IMG/VR virus record: IMGVR_UViG_3300046758_000611
Span: 96,001 to 160,000 of that record
DNA: 64,000 nucleotides
DNA from: a virus
Reading direction: 5' to 3' (one strand)
How positions within the stretch are numbered: the stretch's first letter is position 1; every line of letters begins with the position of its first letter. Shown piece by piece: positions 59,932 to 64,000 of the stretch. Made by a program: the position numbers and the translations under genes. The notes under the pieces are model-generated. The model saw nothing but the letters and a program-made list of their open reading frames with translations. It had not been told where the DNA came from and searched no databases.

Positions 59932-62190
59932 TTACTTTTTGGTGGAATTTACCAATTCCATGTATTCAATAAGATTTTCCATAGAGTTAGTGTAGGAACC
60001 AGAACCATCTAAAGCACTTCCCATGAACCTTACCATTGGATACTCTTGGGAAAGCATATGAGGTATGTTCTTGAGGGTATATGACACCTTAGAAGTAAAG
60101 TAGGAATACAAGTTTCTTTCACAATGAATATTTGTATATCTCGTAAAGTTTTCAAAGTCGTGAGACGATTGAGATTCTTCGTCAGAAACATTTTTTTCAG
60201 AATGATTATTAATGTTTATGATTCTACGAATCTTCATTAATTCTTTTATTGTATCAGTATTACCAGATTCTTTAAGAAGAACACATACTCTTTTAAATAC
60301 ACGATTGTTAAGTAGATTATTAACAACCTTGTAAGAACCATCATGCTTGAAGTGATAAAACTTTCTTGCAATAACAGATTGATAAAGAGAACCAGTTTTA
60401 TTTTTGAACGAAGATTCAATGTAATCGGAAATTACATCAAATACATTCTTGAAGTTATCATACTTTGTGAGTTTCTTGGTTTGAGCATACTTGATTCCGT
60501 AAATCTTAACATCATCTTGTTCAATGACCTTGTTAAGTAAAGTATTAAGTTTGCAAGTATTAGAATATTCACTATCATGGAAATAAATTTTCCAATTACG
60601 AATAGGAACATAATAAATAGTGTCCTTGGTATTCAAAGCAATTTCTTCTTCAGAACTCCAATTGCCAGCACTATTCCAACCATAGTCATTTATTTTCTCG
60701 TAAGCAATCACACTATCTTTGGTTGTAGTGGAAGAACTACGATTGGTGGGAGGTTTTTCCAATTCGGAAGTAACACTAACTTTATTTGGATAACCGATGA
60801 GTTTTAAATAGTTGCGTTCTTTGTCGGTAAACTCGTCAAATACAAGAACAACTTTGTTTTTATTCTCACGAACATAATGATTTATACGACTAACACTACC
60901 AGTTGGTAGATCGTTTTGAAAGAACTCTACATCAGCATCAAATGGAATGATACCATTAACATCACTTCTACGATTTACTTTATCAGCACCGTGGTATCTA
61001 TTTCTTTTAGGAGAACCCAACCAAAACAAACGATAATCCATTTTTTCAAGATTAGGATTCTTGGAAACATCTCCGTATCGTTCAGATACATCTATTCCAT
61101 TCCAAGATAGTTTTTCAGTCCACTTGAAGTGTCCAATGCTTCCACTTCCGTTGCGATCAATGTCAGAGTAGTATTCTTCGTTGTAACCAACCATACTATT
61201 AAAAAGAATACGAGCATCCCAAAAGTTCTCACAATCATTTAATTGCTCGTTCATAATATCCTTAATTTCGTTGTAAACACGTTCAACGAAATTAACCATA
61301 TACTCACGACCTTCACTTGTCCAACCGATTTCTTCACGACTTGCAGTAACATCTAGATTTCCGATAGGAACACGAAATACCAAGTTACTAACCAGTCTAC
61401 GATATTCGTAAGTGTTGCTCCATCCGTGCTTTTTTTCAAAGTCATCAGAAACATCAGAGAAATTGAATGGATAAGCAACATTACCCATAAGAATAATAGA
61501 ATCAGAATAAGTAAGTTGTGAATCTACATAATACCAATCTTTTCCTTCAAGTCTCTTGGTAGGAACTTTAACTTCTTCTTTCGTTGATCCGATAGTAAGA
61601 TTAGGAGTTACATCAAAGTAACCTAGAATGCGTTGTGCAGACTCACGAAGTTTATCGTAAGTATTTGCTTCAGTAGGAGTAAACTTGATTTCAGTACCAG
61701 ATGCTTCATCAGTATTCTCTTCAGAGATGATAGAAAAGTTTGGGACATCCGCATCAAGATAATTGATAACCGTAGTCTTCTTACCATCCTTTACAGAAGT
61801 AACCGTAAACGCATCACTAAGAGTAAAAGGAGTTTTACTTCCTAATCCCATACAGCCCACAAAGTCGTTGCTATGAGTTTTGTTGCTATCAAAGTAAGTA
61901 GTATAAGTAGTTTCAAGTTCTTGTTTGCTCATACCAATGCCATAGTCCCTAATAGAGAACCAAGGCTCTGCCACACTAGGCAGGTGTACATCAAAAGGTG
62001 TATGGATATTACCTTTGGCTACGTGAGCATCATATGCGTTAGTAGATAACTCACGAATAGGAGCAGCTATTTTGTCACTATATAAACCATCACTTAATAT
62101 CTTAAATGCTTTTGCTGATGCCTTGATTGAATACTGAGTAGTATTAGGTAATGTATTACTTACTACGTTAGGAGCTGTTTTAAGTTGCAT
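59932..62190 (-). CDS. rIIA: rIIA-like protein (N-terminal GHKL ATPase domain)
   Basis: AFKILS..LYSDK...IRELSTNA.DAH, IRDYGIGM, G.MGLGSK, MGNVAYP and SRE motifs. Confidence 0.92.
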   Translation of the reverse strand: MQLKTAPNVVSNTLPNTTQYSIKASAKAFKILSDGLYSDKIAAPIRELSTNAYDAHVAKGNIHTPFDVHLPSVAEPWFSIRDYGIGMSKQELETTYTTYFDSNKTHSNDFVGCMGLGSKTPFTLSDAFTVTSVKDGKKTTVINYLDADVPNFSIISEENTDEASGTEIKFTPTEANTYDKLRESAQRILGYFDVTPNLTIGSTKEEVKVPTKRLEGKDWYYVDSQLTYSDSIILMGNVAYPFNFSDVSDDFEKKHGWSNTYEYRRLVSNLVFRVPIGNLDVTASREEIGWTSEGREYMVNFVERVYNEIKDIMNEQLNDCENFWDARILFNSMVGYNEEYYSDIDRNGSGSIGHFKWTEKLSWNGIDVSERYGDVSKNPNLEKMDYRLFWLGSPKRNRYHGADKVNRRSDVNGIIPFDADVEFFQNDLPTGSVSRINHYVRENKNKVVLVFDEFTDKERNYLKLIGYPNKVSVTSELEKPPTNRSSSTTTKDSVIAYEKINDYGWNSAGNWSSEEEIALNTKDTIYYVPIRNWKIYFHDSEYSNTCKLNTLLNKVIEQDDVKIYGIKYAQTKKLTKYDNFKNVFDVISDYIESSFKNKTGSLYQSVIARKFYHFKHDGSYKVVNNLLNNRVFKRVCVLLKESGNTDTIKELMKIRRIININNHSEKNVSDEESQSSHDFENFTRYTNIHCERNLYSYFTSKVSYTLKNIPHMLSQEYPMVRFMGSALDGSGSYTNSMENLIEYMELVNSTKK

Positions 62191-62325
62191 AATAGATGAT
62201 AGTTGATGTAATATATGTTAGTTGATTATTAGAAACTGAATAAGGTCTACGATTTATTATAGTTATATTATAGTTCTTAGAAAAAAATGAATTCCTCTAT
62301 CTCTCGTATTTCTCATTATGATATC

Positions 62326-62354
62326 ATCTTACCATAATACCCCTTAGACGTCAA
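62326..62354 (-). promoter_or_regulatory. sigma70-type promoter for rIIA
   Basis: TTGACG-17 nt-TAAGAT. Confidence 0.65.
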
Positions 62355-62447
62355 CATCTATTTTTATAATTTTTTTATAATTTAGAATTATTATGTAGGT
62401 TGGGTAAATATTCCCCCAAAAAATTGATGTATGCTACTTAATACTAC

Positions 62448-62705
62448 TTAGTTAGGATACACAGGTTCTACAATGCAGTTTGCTTCTAAAGAGATTTCAT
62501 ATGCTTGATCCATGTTTACACGATCTCCTACACTAACAACTCTTGGTTTTGATCCTGAGTTTTTGTTTATTTCAAAGCATACACCATTTTCAATTTTCAT
62601 AATTTCAAAATGAGCATCACTAGCCAGCATAGCAGTAGGATGACTTTTTACATATCTTTTTAGATACACATATGTAGTGCCTTCTGATGATTTACTATTA
62701 AACAT
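62448..62705 (-). CDS. small protein, paralog array member 4
   Basis: FEIMKIEN...VSVGDRV..DQA. Confidence 0.65.
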   Translation of the reverse strand: MFNSKSSEGTTYVYLKRYVKSHPTAMLASDAHFEIMKIENGVCFEINKNSGSKPRVVSVGDRVNMDQAYEISLEANCIVEPVYPN

Positions 62706-62734
62706 AATAGGGAATTATATAGTGTCCCCAAAAA

Positions 62735-63016
62735 TTAGTCAAGAAGCATTTCTATATTATCATCTTCCGAGTACACCGGTGTTACTACAACAGAATAAGT
62801 TCTTTCAATTTGAGTGGCTTGAGATAAAGTAATTCTTTCTCCTACTTCTAATTGTAGTTGTGGTCCATCTCCATCTGCTTCTTTAGCAAGTTTATTAACT
62901 TTAACTACAACCAGATTTTCCAACTTTCTTATTTCATAGCATTTCTCAGGATGCTCAATTGCAATAGGATGTTCTCCTACATAACGAATTAAATATATCT
63001 TTTGATTATTGTTCAT
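62735..63016 (-). CDS. small protein, paralog array member 3
   Basis: YEIRKLEN...GPQ..LEVGERI..SQA. Start moved to ATG 63016. Confidence 0.65.
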   Translation of the reverse strand: MNNNQKIYLIRYVGEHPIAIEHPEKCYEIRKLENLVVVKVNKLAKEADGDGPQLQLEVGERITLSQATQIERTYSVVVTPVYSEDDNIEMLLD

Positions 63017-63269
63017 TTGAAGTATTCCATTTCCCAAGAAACGGTGAAACATAATCTGTGATTTTAAGTTTTGATTTTCTTCCGAGCAATTTTGATTGTT
63101 CTGGAGTAATTGTATCACCTACACACATTTCTATTTGCGGTCCTTCTCCTTGTTTTAAATTGATTATTTTGTTTATTGCTACCGATGTAGCATTTTCAAT
63201 GTCTTTAATTACAAAAAACTCATTTTTAGTTTGAGTAACGTTTCTTTCTAAGTGTACTATTGGTTTCAT
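63006..63269 (-). CDS. small protein, paralog array member 2
   Basis: FVIKDIEN...GPQ..MCVGDTI..EQS. Confidence 0.65.
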   Translation of the reverse strand: MKPIVHLERNVTQTKNEFFVIKDIENATSVAINKIINLKQGEGPQIEMCVGDTITPEQSKLLGRKSKLKITDYVSPFLGKWNTSNEQ

Positions 63270-63272
63270 ATA

Positions 63273-63581
63273 TTAATCGTTAAGTAAATCTAAATCTTTA
63301 GAATCCCTTTCCACTATTTCAACAGTTTCATAATTGTTTTGATAATTACGGGTTTGTTGTACCAAGTGCTTTACTTGGAGTTCGTTAAGAAATTCCCCCA
63401 CTCTTACTTCTTTATCAGTAAATCCGAAGGGATCGTCTAAACTTTTTTCAGGAATAACAATAGATGCTTCGTTGATAATTTTTTTTATCTTATACGGCAG
63501 AGTTACACTCTTAGGGCAATATTCAATAGTAACTTTTACACCCTTCGGTCTGTTTTTTCCCAATCCAAGTAAATTAATCAT
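63273..63581 (-). CDS. small protein, paralog array member 1
   Basis: YKIKKIIN...VRVGEFL..LQV. Confidence 0.65.
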   Translation of the reverse strand: MINLLGLGKNRPKGVKVTIEYCPKSVTLPYKIKKIINEASIVIPEKSLDDPFGFTDKEVRVGEFLNELQVKHLVQQTRNYQNNYETVEIVERDSKDLDLLND

Positions 63582-63611
63582 ATAAATATATATATTATAT
63601 CATCGATAATT

Positions 63612-64000
63612 TTACGATTTTTTGATTTCATTTAGAAATATTTTATGTCCAATTGAATTTAACCAATTTTCGTATTGTTTTAAAACTTTAGATGTAATTG
63701 CAGGTGGTGATAACAACTGGTATGAATCAAAGTCCATTGTTTCTGATACAGGTACTTTCAATGTATCGTGTAATTGATTAATTTTAGTGTAATTGATAGC
63801 AGACTCTGACATAAATTCCCACTTAAAAATGTTAAACAGAGAATCCATTCCAAATATAATACAATCACGTTCTTCAGTATCAAGAGTATGAATAAAATCT
63901 AATTCATTGTGGGAATAAGGATTTTTAACAATTTCTTTGCTTAAAGTTAGAATTTCACTTAAATCTGGCAAAGTATAGTATTTTTTTCCGTTTAATATCT
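63612..64000 (-). CDS. hypothetical protein (probably 5'-partial)
   Basis: The frame stays open from the track's TTG start (63971) to the window end. Confidence 0.5.
   Translation of the reverse strand, partial: ILNGKKYYTLPDLSEILTLSKEIVKNPYSHNELDFIHTLDTEERDCIIFGMDSLFNIFKWEFMSESAINYTKINQLHDTLKVPVSETMDFDSYQLLSPPAITSKVLKQYENWLNSIGHKIFLNEIKKS

Overview
AT-rich, gene-dense 64 kb segment of a large lytic T4-like (jumbo) bacteriophage using the standard genetic code. Phage markers include rIIA/rIIB, a family-B DNA polymerase, a sliding clamp and clamp loader, dUTPase, PhoH, probable tail or decoration proteins, and eight CCA-encoding tRNA genes. It carries many host-type genes: DnaK, DnaJ, a ClpP-like protease, IF-1, an M29 aminopeptidase, two tandem glutamate dehydrogenases, a lipase-GDPD fusion and a glycosylation island. 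From memory (no search run), DnaK, IF-1 and the aminopeptidase resemble Verrucomicrobia/PVC versions. Best candidate for an undescribed system: a replisome-coupled DNA modification apparatus. It has two parts. (i) An operon at 19930-24095 encodes a GNAT-like/2OG-Fe(II) oxygenase fusion, a Cys-His-Asp papain-like protein, a PLP enzyme and an amino-methyltransferase-like protein. (ii) Two further DNA methyltransferases are translationally coupled to the polymerase and end in the same C-terminal peptide as it, [AS]-[NQ]-[KE]-F-F-[AS]-[FY], a putative clamp-binding motif. Other highlights are a triple-HExxH polyprotein with prohead-protease-type linkers, a SET-domain protein near a histone-H1-like Hc1 gene, promoter spacing that implies leaderless mRNAs, and tandem repeats in the dnaK leader. 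All product calls come from reading motifs by eye. Several start codons were shortened relative to the ORF track.
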